Below, piece after piece: positions 26,721 to 39,500 of a stretch of DNA of 64,000 bases. Each line of letters begins with the position of its first letter. Position 1 is the stretch's first letter. The notes under the pieces are model-generated. The model did not search any database. It was not told where the DNA came from and was given only the letters and a program-made list of their open reading frames with translations. Origin of the DNA: Antedon mediterranea (taxonomy: Eukaryota; Animalia; Echinodermata); NCBI RefSeq assembly GCF_964355755.1, contig NC_092676.1, positions 17,564,871 through 17,628,870 on the forward strand. The letters run 5' to 3'. The translations under genes were made by a program, and so were the position numbers.

Positions 26721-27512
26721 TAATTTTTAGCCTAGAATTTTAATCACTAGGCCTAGCCTAGGCTATATGGTTTTTTGATGGGGTAAACAAAAGTACGTTA
26801 AATTTCATCACCAACTATGTACGGTGTTGCCTGGAGACAGAAGTAGACTAGCCTAGATAGGTAGCGCCTACTAGGCCCTAGCCTGGGCCTACTAGCTACC
26901 CTCTAGCTAGGTCTAACGAGTTGGTAGGCTAGCTAAGGTAGGCCCTAGGCCTACTAATAATAGTATTAGGCCCTCTATTCGAGGCCGCCTAGGCTTATAC
27001 TTAGGCTAGACTCTAGGCCTAATCTTAATTAAGGCTTCGCTAGGCTAGATATCCTATGCTTACCTTTAGTGATGCTTACTTTTATTGATATTAAAGAGCC
27101 AGTGAGTTAAAACTCATTTTGGGTTGCCTTGTAGTAGCTTCTCTTTTTAATTTTAGTGTTTGTTAACTTTTATTATATTAGTTATTACAGGCTAAACTAG
27201 GGCTAGGCCCTATCCTACTGTATGTCTGTCAAATTTGTTTTTGAGATATTTAATATATAAATTTATTATTTTTAGTTAAGATCATCGGACTGCTGACTCT
27301 TGTATGTAGATATAGTATTAGTAATCATATTTACTAAAAGCAGTCCCTGGCCAATTTATCTCTGCGTAAGTTACATTTTATGGTGGTAAACAAATGAAAT
27401 AAATGATTAAAAATAGAAGTGAAATCTCTATGCATTGGGTAACTTTTTGCTTTATTTTATTTTAACATAATTTTCCAGTTAACAGCTGTATTTTTTTTAA
27501 AGGAAAGCTATA

Positions 27513-30500
27513 ATGAGTGGTACAAAAAAGCAAGGCCCAGCGCCTACTGTAAACCAGATTATTTCAGATTCTTTGACACAGTTGGCTAGCCGTTTTTGGG
27601 CTCCTAATAGTCCAATACCATTACAGCCATTTGATCCAAAGGTAAACTCACTTTTATAGATTACTATTTTATTTTGTTGATATAAGGAGTTTATTGACCA
27701 TATGTAAAGCACACAAATATATATGTTGAAATTTTAAAAACCAGAAAAAAAGTGGGAAAAAAAAGGATTTTGGACAGGTAGCAGGTTAATATAAAAAAGC
27801 AAAGTATTTTAAACATGATAAACACTTTGCCCCAAAATGAAAATACTCTAAACTTTAAAATTTAAGAATACAGTACATGCTCAGTATTTGGTTTACTGTT
27901 CTTTGCTTTGGTATGACTCAGTTATAATACATTATTGAAAATTAGACTAAATAGAACTAACTGGTGTCAGTAGTAAAAGTAAGATAGAGGTCACCTTCAC
28001 CATTGATAGTGCTGTAAAGCATAGATTTCATATACAGCATAGTATTAATATTCTTAGTAACTATTTTTTTTTCAGGTTGTTGAGGATGTTTATTTAAATG
28101 AATTGGTCAAGACAAAGTAAGTAGTTCTCAAATATTAGGAAGGGAGTTTTTGATTTGTAGCAGTCGACGTGAAAATCTAAAAGTCCATATTATTACAGTA
28201 TCTGTTTGGATGACAATATTTGTTTTAATACTATACAGTAATTGATTTAGTACTAAAATCAGAATAAAAAAAAACTAATAATAAAGGTTAATAATAAACT
28301 TAATACAATCGTTTGTAAGCGCTTTACATCATAATTATATTACACTTTGTACATTAGTATATCAAAGGGCAGCCTATTGGTCATGATGTCATTTGATCAT
28401 ACCTTGTAGATCGGAGTTGACGTTGTGACCAGGCTGCCTGATAGTCAGTTGATAAAGATCTAGAGGCCGAAATATTCTAACTAAGTAAGTTTAAAAAAAG
28501 AAATGTTGTCATCCAAACAATGTAGAAGCTAAATGAAATCCTTCAATAATTTTTAACATGTTATTAACTGTTTATTGTATGTTTATACATTCATATTTTG
28601 TGGTTTTTTTTTAGATTTGCTATTCGGCGTGTCATGTTGTTAGAGTTTAGTCAGTATTTAGAGAACTTCTTGTGGCCTAATTATGATCCAACAAAGGTAA
28701 ATAATTTATCTAGAGGGATGCACTCGTTTAGCTCAAAAGTTTTTAAAAACCTTCTCAGGACCAACTCTGTGGAATAACTTAGATGATATACTTACTTATT
28801 GTAAAACCTTAACAATTTTTAAGAAATGTATAAAGTATTTTTATTTGTCAAATTATCATGAGTAAAGATGTAAATGTTCTCTGCATATTTTTTTTTTCAT
28901 ACTTATTTATATAAATTTGAAGTTTAAATATGGCATTACCTTTTTCCTTATTAAACTAGTTCTAATTATATGGTTTTGTGAGGGGTCTGATTGAGACAAG
29001 TATATTACTTCTAAACCAGATCCTAACCAAAAAAATGGGAACATTTTATGGTCAAATGTATGTTAAATAAAATATGTACTAATTTTTGGTTTGAATAAAT
29101 ATTACGAAACGAATCTCGAAAAGAAGCCCATCATGAAAAGAAGCCCACTTAAAAGTATAAAAAAACCTAATTTACTCAAGACGGAAAAGAATTGTCCTAG
29201 TGACCATCAAAAACAAGTTATCAAATTAGTACATTTTAACTGTTAGCATGTCTGGTTAAATGACATTCAAATGGCTTCCTCTTATTTATGTATAGTTTAT
29301 TTTTTTTTACATTGCAGTCTTCCAAAGCCCACATTTTGTCAGTGGCGGTTTTGATCAATGAAAAGTTTCGAGAAGGAGTCCCAGCTTGGCAGGTAAAAAT
29401 CTTTCATATTCTGTTCATATTAGCTAGGAGCGAGTCAGCCTCGAACCCATCCCATTAAATTATTTGCTCTTTTGGTACGGTAAACAGCACCCCTGTCTTA
29501 ACCACTCGGCCATTTCACTGTTATTAATATTCTTCTAAATTGTGTGGAATCATTTGAAAGATAACTTTCTTTGATTCAAGCTAAAATCATATTTAAAAGT
29601 TTATTCTTCTGTTTGAATTTTTTGTTGGTTGCTGTAATAGGGAAATTATACAGCTTTTAGTAGACAATGATACATACAAAATACCAAATTTGATTTTGAA
29701 TTTAAATATTTTATTTTCAGGCTGTAACAAATAAACCAGAACATTTCCCAGCATTCTTCAATCATGTTTTAAATCTCAGCCTGGAAGAAGAGGCCAGCAT
29801 CATTAGCCTCCAGGAACAGACTCTACTGCTAACATTCCTTGTGCATTGCTTCAACAGCTTGGTAAGACAGTTTTCTATTTTGGCATTATTTAAAAAAAAT
29901 AATTAATAGCATATTCCATATTCCTTAGTGTTGCAAAAAATAATGAATATTAAATTAACAGATAGAAAATATACAAAATAAGAAAACAAGAAGAATGGAG
30001 TAAAATAATTAAACAAAGAAGATTAAAATGGACATAAATTAGACTACCAGACAATACGCCAATTAAACAAGCAATGAAAGAAACTGAAAAGAAAGTAAAA
30101 AGACCACCAGGAAGACCAAAGGAAAACTGGATAAACTAAATATTTAAAAATGTAAAGGAAAAATGTAGACTTTAGCACAATAACAAAGCATCCTAACCAA
30201 ATCGTGGAAAGCGTAATGTCGGAATGACAGGAAAACGTTTCGAGAGAGATATTCCTTATCATGCCTTTAAAAAAAGAAAGAAAAACCAATGGTCATTATT
30301 TTATTCACAGGGAGTTGATTTGATTCGTGAGCAAGTTCAACGTTTGGTTTCACTACCAATGTGGGTTTCTCTTTTACCGGTAAGGATATATGTATATTGT
30401 ATATATTTTCAGTTATGAATAGAAAAGTGAAGGTAACTTTTTTCCATATTAATTCATTATTTAGTAATTTTCATTATTTTGCCTTTCAGTTATAACACTG

Positions 30501-33500
30501 CTCTTTTGTGGGACCCTACGACACATTAACAACATTTCCATTAGAAGAAAACAGCTTAAATATACCACTAACTAATTTGGTATAAAACAAATCTAATTCA
30601 ATTATATAATTTAAATAAAAAATACAGTATATGATATATAACCATGCTTGAGTATAATCCCTCAACACCCATAACTCGGACTTTAATGGTACTACCTGTA
30701 TATCAAATTCAATATCTTTCAATATTCAAATTTAGTCCCACCATTTTTTAAAAATCATGTACGGTAATGTTTTACTTTGTAGGCTCGTCTTGAGCAAGAA
30801 TTGAAAAAAGACAAACGATATAGAAAATTTTGGAACGTAGTTAAGAAGAATGATGCCAAAGCTGATGAAGAAACAACAAAAAGGTGAGAAAAGTACTGAA
30901 AACTGTTACTATACACTCTAATACCCCTTTCACACCAAAAGCAAAACTCCGGAGACACCCCGGAGTTGACGCCCCGCTGTTTGGTGTGAAAGGTAAAATC
31001 AAGCAACTCCGGAGTTTAAAACTGCGGGGTTGAACAGCTGAACATTCTCCGGAGAGCAAACTGCGGGGACACCCCGGTGTTTTGGTGTGAAAGGTACCAA
31101 CATCAAACTCCGGAGTGTTTCGGGTCAAAAGGTTATCCTCGCAATCAATTATTTATTTAGTTTTATTTTAAAACACTATAAATATTTGTAAAAAATATAT
31201 AGCGGGTCTAGAAAATAATAAGTAGTATAAATAAAATATTATATTACTTCTGAGACTTTTGAAAGTAATTATTAAATTTAAAATATTATTAATTAAAATG
31301 ATTCTAATGATCGTCGCTATGTAAACACACAAAATAGAGGGCGACATTTACAATTTTATTTTATAAACCCCGGTGTTGCTAGGTTGGTGTGAAAGGGGTA
31401 TCTCCGGAGTTTCTCGACGTTTTGAATGGTCATAAACCCCGGGGTGTCCCCGGAGACACTCCGGAGTTTTGGTGTGAAAGGGGTATAAGTATTAATTTAG
31501 ATCTATCTATCAATTTCACATTCTTCTATTTCAAATGTATTTTACAGTGAAGATTTTGATCAAAACTAATATTTTATCTGAAAAGCATACATTTCATTTC
31601 AGAAGAAAATCAATTTTTTACAATGGCCCGAACTTATGGAACTTATTATTCACTTCATTAAATCTCTTTCTAATCTTCCTTCTTTCAAAGTCTCTGGTTG
31701 CAGCTTATTACAATTAAATCTACTGATGCTCTTTCTTTCTATATATTAAACTGGACTACTATACCAAATTGTATTTATTTGTATATGTTTTTTTTTTAAA
31801 TTTTATAATCTGGTGGCAAAAACTTATTTTGGCCTCCTGCACACTTTTTTTTAACTAGTCATTGTAAATGTTATGTGTGCAGACAAACAATACAAATAAA
31901 CAGACATCACTGATTTTACTTGTTTGTAATATCAATAAGTCATGATCAGTTATGATCAATTAGGCCTATATTTTAACTTTTTTAAATTAAATTTTTTTTA
32001 CAGGAATCACTTTGAGAGACATTTTCTCTCTTCACTTATTCAACGGTTTTACAAAGTTTTAGATTCTATACCAGAAAAAGGTTAGTAAACAAACATTCTT
32101 AATATAACACTTGCATTGATGAAGGGCTACTGTTGCCTAAAATCTAATGCTAATATTTCTGGCTGTTTTAATTTATCGTTTTGATTTAGCTTTTTGCTTA
32201 TTTTATTAAATATCTCCTTTGAGATCCAGCCACTTGTACCCACAGCATTGTCATTTTTTTCAGTAATTTACTTTTGGATTTATATATTATTTCCTATTTG
32301 TTTTTATTTTCTACCTCTTTGTCTTAAATAATATTAACTACATTTTTTTTTTGTAGGAGACGTGAAAAATGAAAGATTACGATACTGTGAACGTTTTGTT
32401 GAACTGTTGGTTGATTTAGAGGTAAAGCATGTGCCAGTTAAATTACTTTCCAAAATATATATGATAATGATAATCTCAACGCTAAATGTCTTAAAATTAT
32501 TTAAAAAATGAATTCAAAATTGAGAGAAAATCTTACCTTCTTTAAAAAGTGATATAATTTTTTACACAAAAACGATAATACTATTTCAGGCTCAACTTCC
32601 AACCAGACGTTTCTTCAATGTTGTAATGGACGATTGTCAGGTTGTAGTTCGTTGTATGCTGTCTTCATTGTTAAAACGTCCTGATGGTAAATTGTTTTCA
32701 GAGGCAAGTTCTATTTTTGAAGAAAATTCAAATTTTTTTATTTTTATACTTTCAGTAGTTTTTCTATTTAAAGCATACTTCAAGAAAATTGTCATTGGGT
32801 CAATTTCTTCTTCTTTTTATACTGCTATACAACCTCTACCTTCCTACTTCACATGTGCGCCCTGCCCATTTTCTGCTTTCAATGGTTTAGAAAAACAATA
32901 GACCACAAGATCTGAAGAGTAAACTATATGAACATACATTCATTCATGTATTGACTTTCACCATACGTTTACAGTATTGTCATAATATAACAAGAACACA
33001 AAATAACAAATGAAACACAGAATGAAAACAACAAATAAATGTTTAAAAAAGAGGATATGAAAAGCATAAACAACCTAAATCATAGTCCAGTTTTAGTCAC
33101 ATATTACTAAACAATTAGTCTAGTAAACAAACAGCCTTCTTGTGATGGGAAATTTAGTTCCATCTTACCTCCTAAGATATGCACCTCTCTGTGCTCAATC
33201 CTACACATTATGCTCTTCGTTTTCCTACTCTTCGTCAATTGTGTTGTTTGGTAGCACAGATCTAAAGCTCTGTCTACACTATCAAGCTGTATGTGCCCAA
33301 TATCACTATCATATTTAAGCATATCACTACCACATTTGGGCATATCACTACTATATTTGGGCATATCACTACCATATTTGGGAATATCACTTTTTTTGCC
33401 ATACTAGTTTGATAGTGTAGACTGTTTAACTTTCGAACTGTAGAACTACTGTACATGAAGTATATAGAATAATGGTATGATGAGATGAGACTTTTGTATT

Positions 33501-36500
33501 TCCACAGCTTCTAGATATGCTTAAGTTCTATTCTGGTTTTGAGATCAGTGATTCAACTGGTAGCGCCTTGACAGACCACCAAATGACAGAGAGGCACTAT
33601 GACCGTATGAGTCTTTTGCAAAGAACCGTATACAAGTTTATTCCAGAGCTGAAACAGTTTGCTCTTTCAAATATTGGCAATGTAGACACAAGAAAGTCAC
33701 TTACAAAACATTTTGAAATGATAAGGTATGTACTATTTAATGATAAGGTATGTACTATTTAATGATAAGGTATGTACTATTTAATGATAAGGTATGTACT
33801 ATTTAATGATAAGGTATGTACTATTTAATGATAAGGTATGTACTATTTAATGATAAGGTATGTACTATTTAATGATAAGGTATGTACTATTTAATGATAA
33901 GGTATGTACTATTTAATGATAAGGTATGTACTATTTAATGATAAGGTATGTACTATTTAATGATAAGGTATGTACTATTTAATGATAAGGTATGTACTAT
34001 TTAATGACAAGGTATGTACTATTTAATGATAAGGTATGTACTATTTAATGATAAGGTATGTACTATTTAATGATAAGGTATGTACTATTTAATGATAAGG
34101 TATGTACTATTTAATGATAAGGTATGTACTATTTAATGATAAGGTATGTACTATTTAATGATAAGGTATGTACTATTTAATGATAAGGTATGTACTATTT
34201 AATGATAAGGTATGTACTATTTAATGATAAGGTATGTACTATTTAATGACAAGGTATGTACTATTTAATGATAAGGTATGTACTATTTAATGATAAGGTA
34301 TGTACTATTTAATGATAAGGTATGTACTATTTAATGATAAGGTATGTACTATTTAATGATAAGGTTTGTACTATTTAATGATAAGGTATGTACTATTTAA
34401 TGATAAGGTTTGTACTATTTAATGATAAGGTATGTACTATTTAATGATAAGGTTTGTACTATTTTAATGATAAGGTTTGTACTATTTTAATGATAAGGTT
34501 TGTACTATTTAATGATAAGGTATGTACTATTTAATGATAAGGTTTGTACTATTTAATGATAAGGTATGTACTATTTAATGATAAGGTATGTACTATTTAA
34601 TGATAAGGTTTGTACTATTTTAATGATAAGGTTTGTACTATTTTAATGATAAGGTTTGTACTATTTAATGATAAGGTATGTACTATTTAATGATAAGGTT
34701 TGTACTATTTAATGATAAGGTATGTACTATTTAATGATAAGGTATGTACTATTTAATGATAAGGTATGTACTATTTAATGATAAGGTATGTACTATTTAA
34801 TGATAAGGTTTGTACTATTTAATGATAAGGTTTGTACTATTTAATGATAAGGTATGTACTATTTAATGATAAGGTTTGTACTATTTAATGATAAGGTATG
34901 TACTATTTAATGATAAGGTATGTACTATTTAATGATAAGGTATGTACTATTTAATGATTTAATATAGTTATATTTTAAACCATGTTCATAATTATTCTAT
35001 GTCAATTGTCATTGGTCAACTCAACTTACGTTGCGTCTACGTCCTTGTGTTGTGTCTCTAGTGGGAACGAAGCATTTTGAAATGATAAAGTAGGAGTGGG
35101 AACGAAGCATTTAAGATAAAGTACTTGTTAATTATGTAAATTTTTCCTACTGTACATTTGTGACACTATTGTCTTCTTCCTTTTTGTTTCAGTACACAAC
35201 AATTGCATGAGGTTGCGGCTGCCATTAATCTACTGCCCTCACTTTCTGAAGAGGAAGAAACAACTCTTGAACGTTCATTTCTGTTAAATTTGTTGGTATG
35301 TTTTAAATTTATATTGTAGTTTACTAAATTTGTTCCATCTAAATGGTACAATTGTTTATCCTGTGGTGTCTGGTTTCCACTGAAATTTTAAATAGATTGG
35401 AATTTTGTCATCTGGATCTCAAGACAACTCAGTTCTGCACTAGTTCCAATGTCAACTGAATGCCAAAATGAAGTCAGTCAGAAACTGATCAATCAACTCT
35501 GTCCCAACGTTATAATACTGTGTAGCCCATATGTTTAGGCCTAAGAAATCTAGACTTAAAAACAAATATTAAAAACTAATATTCATAAATATACCAACTT
35601 AAATACTTGATTCCTTTTTATTGCTGAACGGGTAGCGCAAGATGGTACATTTTATAAATATTTTAATTTGTGTTTGCCTGCAGGTTTCACGTCATGAGCG
35701 TCGTCCATCACAGATCCAAGCACTGAATGAAACACCGCTCTATCCCACAGAAGAAATTCTCTGGGATGAAAATATTGTTCCCACACAGTACTATTCTGGA
35801 GAAGGTAGTGTAAAACATTCTTTGTTATATCATAATACATGTTGCCAGAACCAAAATTTAATAATAATAGAAACAAAATCATCCAATGAGAGACTTAAAT
35901 CTGAGACTCGACAAATGGAAGGTAAATGCATACCCATTACACCATACTCATATTTACTCATTTACCTCCGCCAAGGAGGTATATGTAATCGGTAGCATGT
36001 GTTTGTTTGTTAGCAGAATTACTCAAAAATTAATTACAAGATCTTTACCAAAATGAATATACAGATAGATATGTGGTCGAGGACCATTCCATTACATTTT
36101 GGGACCATGGTCCCAATTCTGGACCACTTTTTGAGTATACTTTTCAGACCTGCTAGTGTTGAAAGATAGGACAGAATTTTTCAAAAGCCGGCGAGCAGTA
36201 TTAAAGTAACAAGTACACTGAAATTTCATTTTCTACTTGTCCAAAAAACTTCATTTTTGTACAAGAGACAAGAGTTATAATTTGTGATTCGTAATTTTAA
36301 AACATTATTTTAATTAATGTGCACGTTTTTTGATGAGAGTAATTTAAAAAACCTATTTCTTTTCAAATTCACTCGTTTGATTTTCGCATTGCTGTTCTAT
36401 TGTTAGTCAACTGAAGCTATTGTTAATTGAAAGGCTTGTTATGTACCATTACACCAAACTCGCATGCACATGCTTGTAGTAAAATTAGCCTAAATCACAA

Positions 36501-39500
36501 ACAGCATTAAGACACACACAAATATATATATTTTTTTTTTACTGGAGAAATCTTATGTAGGAGAATTTTACAGTGCGGAGGTATGCACTCTCGGAGTGGC
36601 TTTCTAGTCTGTAATGCAATTAAGCTTAACCTAATCACACACAGTACTAAACATACAACATATTTTAAACCCTTTTTGGAGTGACATCTTTAATAAGATT
36701 ATACTGTAGGTGTAGATGCGTATTTATGGAGTGCCCTCTAGTTTGACACTACTGTATTATTGTTTCAATAAAATAATCCATTTTTATTCTTTAGGTTGTT
36801 TGGCTCTTCCAAAATTAAACCTGCAATTTTTGACGTTGCATGATTACCTATTACGCAACTTTAATCTCTTTCGACTTGAATCCACATGTAAGTAATTTTT
36901 CTTTTTTCATACATAATTTAAAGAATTTAATCATTAAACGGAAGAAGAAGAAATAAAAAAAACAAAATCTTTTCTGTATTTCAATTTCTTCTATAGTGTA
37001 TATTATTTTATGCTTTTAACTCTTTTATATTTACTGAGTGTAGATGAGATAAGGCAGGACATTGAGGATGCCTTGTATCGTATGAAGCCATGGCATGCAG
37101 AGGACGGTAGCCCATACTTTGGGGGTTGGGCTAGGATGGCTCAGGTAAGCATTTTTTCATAAAATAATTTTTAAATGATTAGTTTTTATGCAATATACAA
37201 GGCAGAGTAGTACAGCAACGCATAATTTGGGGGTTGGCCTAGAATTTCTTGAATAAGTGCTAATGTAAAAAGCCGAATTCTTATGCCTAAGCCAATGGTG
37301 GCAACAGATACTTTGGTGGATAGGTTAGAATGTCTCCGGTGCCAGAAACTGAATACAGTAAAACTCTTATTAAGTGGACACCTTCGGGACCCCAACACTT
37401 ATATTTCCCTTTGTAAGTTTCACAGGAATGCGTCCCCTGAATAGGTATGTCCCAAGGATGGCTCTACTGTCATTTTGGTGCACTAACCTATGACAGGCTA
37501 ACCATAGTGTATATGTCAAGGACTGAGTTAGGATGACTTGGGCAATCATTGATGCAAGTTATTAGAATTTTGATGTATCCATGGCACACTAAACATATTA
37601 TAACAAATTATTACTTACAAATTAATTGATTTTCTTTCTTATTGCAGCCAATTACAGCATTTTCAGTTGTTGAGGTAAGAGAATATATATATTTATATAT
37701 TATTTTTCAAAGCCGTTTTAAATTGCTTATTTAGCTATGCGTTTTGTCCTATTGATTTGGTGTTTAGTTGTTCATTTATAGAATTTTTGTCTTTTTTCTT
37801 CCTTTCTTTTGTGTCCAATTGATTAGAAATTTCTTAAATTCAACTTCTGAATAACAATAGAATTGTAATTTATACAGTTTTTAACATTGAAGCTGATGAT
37901 GTCATAATAACCGTTGCTATCACAGTATAAAATTTAAAACTTTATAATGTTCTCTTATTTATTATAGGTATCAAAACCTAACATAGGTGAAAACCATCCA
38001 TCACAAGTAAAGGCAGATGTTACGTTGACCCTTAACCTACGAAGAAACATTAAGTCAGAATGGGAAGGTATGTTGTTATTACAATAAACACCACATCAAC
38101 TATTTTTACTCAATAAATTGTCGGATTTACTCAATGTAAATAATCATCATCATGTTTAACTGTGGAAATTCACATTAGGCCCTCTAAAAACCAGTGGCGG
38201 CCAGCAGTGAAGTGCCTACCAGGAGCATGACAACAGAGACGATAATCCCACTCTTTTTTAATAGTATTCTAAATTCTTTAACATGTATTGGATTTAGAAG
38301 AGTTTTAAATGAATTGTAAATTATTTATATTTGGATTTACATAATATATACTATAATTTTTTACTATATTTCTTAAATTTATTTATTTTGTTTTTAAATA
38401 TTATTTTTGATGCGTTCAACTTAACTCGGTCGGTCTGTAATCTGATCGACTCCTGTTACAATTAATGGTTTCTAACTTTAACGCTTCATCTGTATAATCA
38501 TTTTTGTATATTTATCTGTAATTATTATTTAAGTGTTAATTTTTCTCGCGTGTGCTTGTTTGGGTATCCAAACTAAATACCGTTCTGATGATTAACGAAG
38601 GTGGCCATATCCTAAAGTTTTCAACTTATTTGGTCACCTTCCACACTCATCATCCTTTTTTTAAACCTAAATATTTAAGTAAAATGTATATTGATGTGTG
38701 TGGAAAATTAATAAACAAACAAACAAACAAACATGCGCTGTATGTACCAACATCTTTACATCCCATCCAAAAAATGTGACAAAGTATTTTGCCCATTTAA
38801 AGCAATATGGCACAGGCATGCTCAGACCCATGGCACAGGCATGCTCAGACCCATGCCTCTATCATTACACCAATCAACAGCATTAAGTCTCACAAGGCAG
38901 TGAGAGTAACATCTTGCTTTTAACAAGCCATATAATACTGACAGGCTCAACTCAAACCCAAGCCATTATGCCATAACTCTATAAAAATGTGGATTTTTTT
39001 GTATACTGTGAAGTCATTGCACCATTTATCTCCACTAAGCTTGTTCAATTTTCTTTAATAATACATTAGGTTTAAGAAAGCATGATGTAGCCTTTCTGAT
39101 AACAGTGTATCCAAAACTGAAGATTGGCACTCGTTTTGACTTCAAGGGAGATTTTGTTGAAAATGTTGGTATAGTGTATGTTAGAGGCTGTGAAATAGAA
39201 GGCATGCTGGACAATGATGGAAAAGTTATTGAAGAAGGTACATAATATAGAAATTTCCTATTAGTCACATAGGTGATTCACCCCTTACTTTTACTGGTGC
39301 TTGTAACCGTGATACTAGATCACATAGGGTGGCTATTGACTGTATACAGTTAGTGCATACTAGATCACATATGGTGGCTATTGACTGTATACAGTTAGTG
39401 CATACTAGATCACATATGGTGGCTATTGACTGTATACAGTTAGTGCATACTAGATCACATATGGTGGCTATTGACTGTATACAGTTAGTGCATACTAGAT

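Noticed and set aside
30755-31128. Minus-strand ORFs of 83 and 95 aa
   Set aside because: They arise from the GC-rich MITE arm and the antisense of AQR exon 7; no transposase motifs.
33717-34958. Regular short repeats superficially like a CRISPR array
   Set aside because: Head-to-tail units with no unique spacers, in a spliceosomal intron, with no cas genes.
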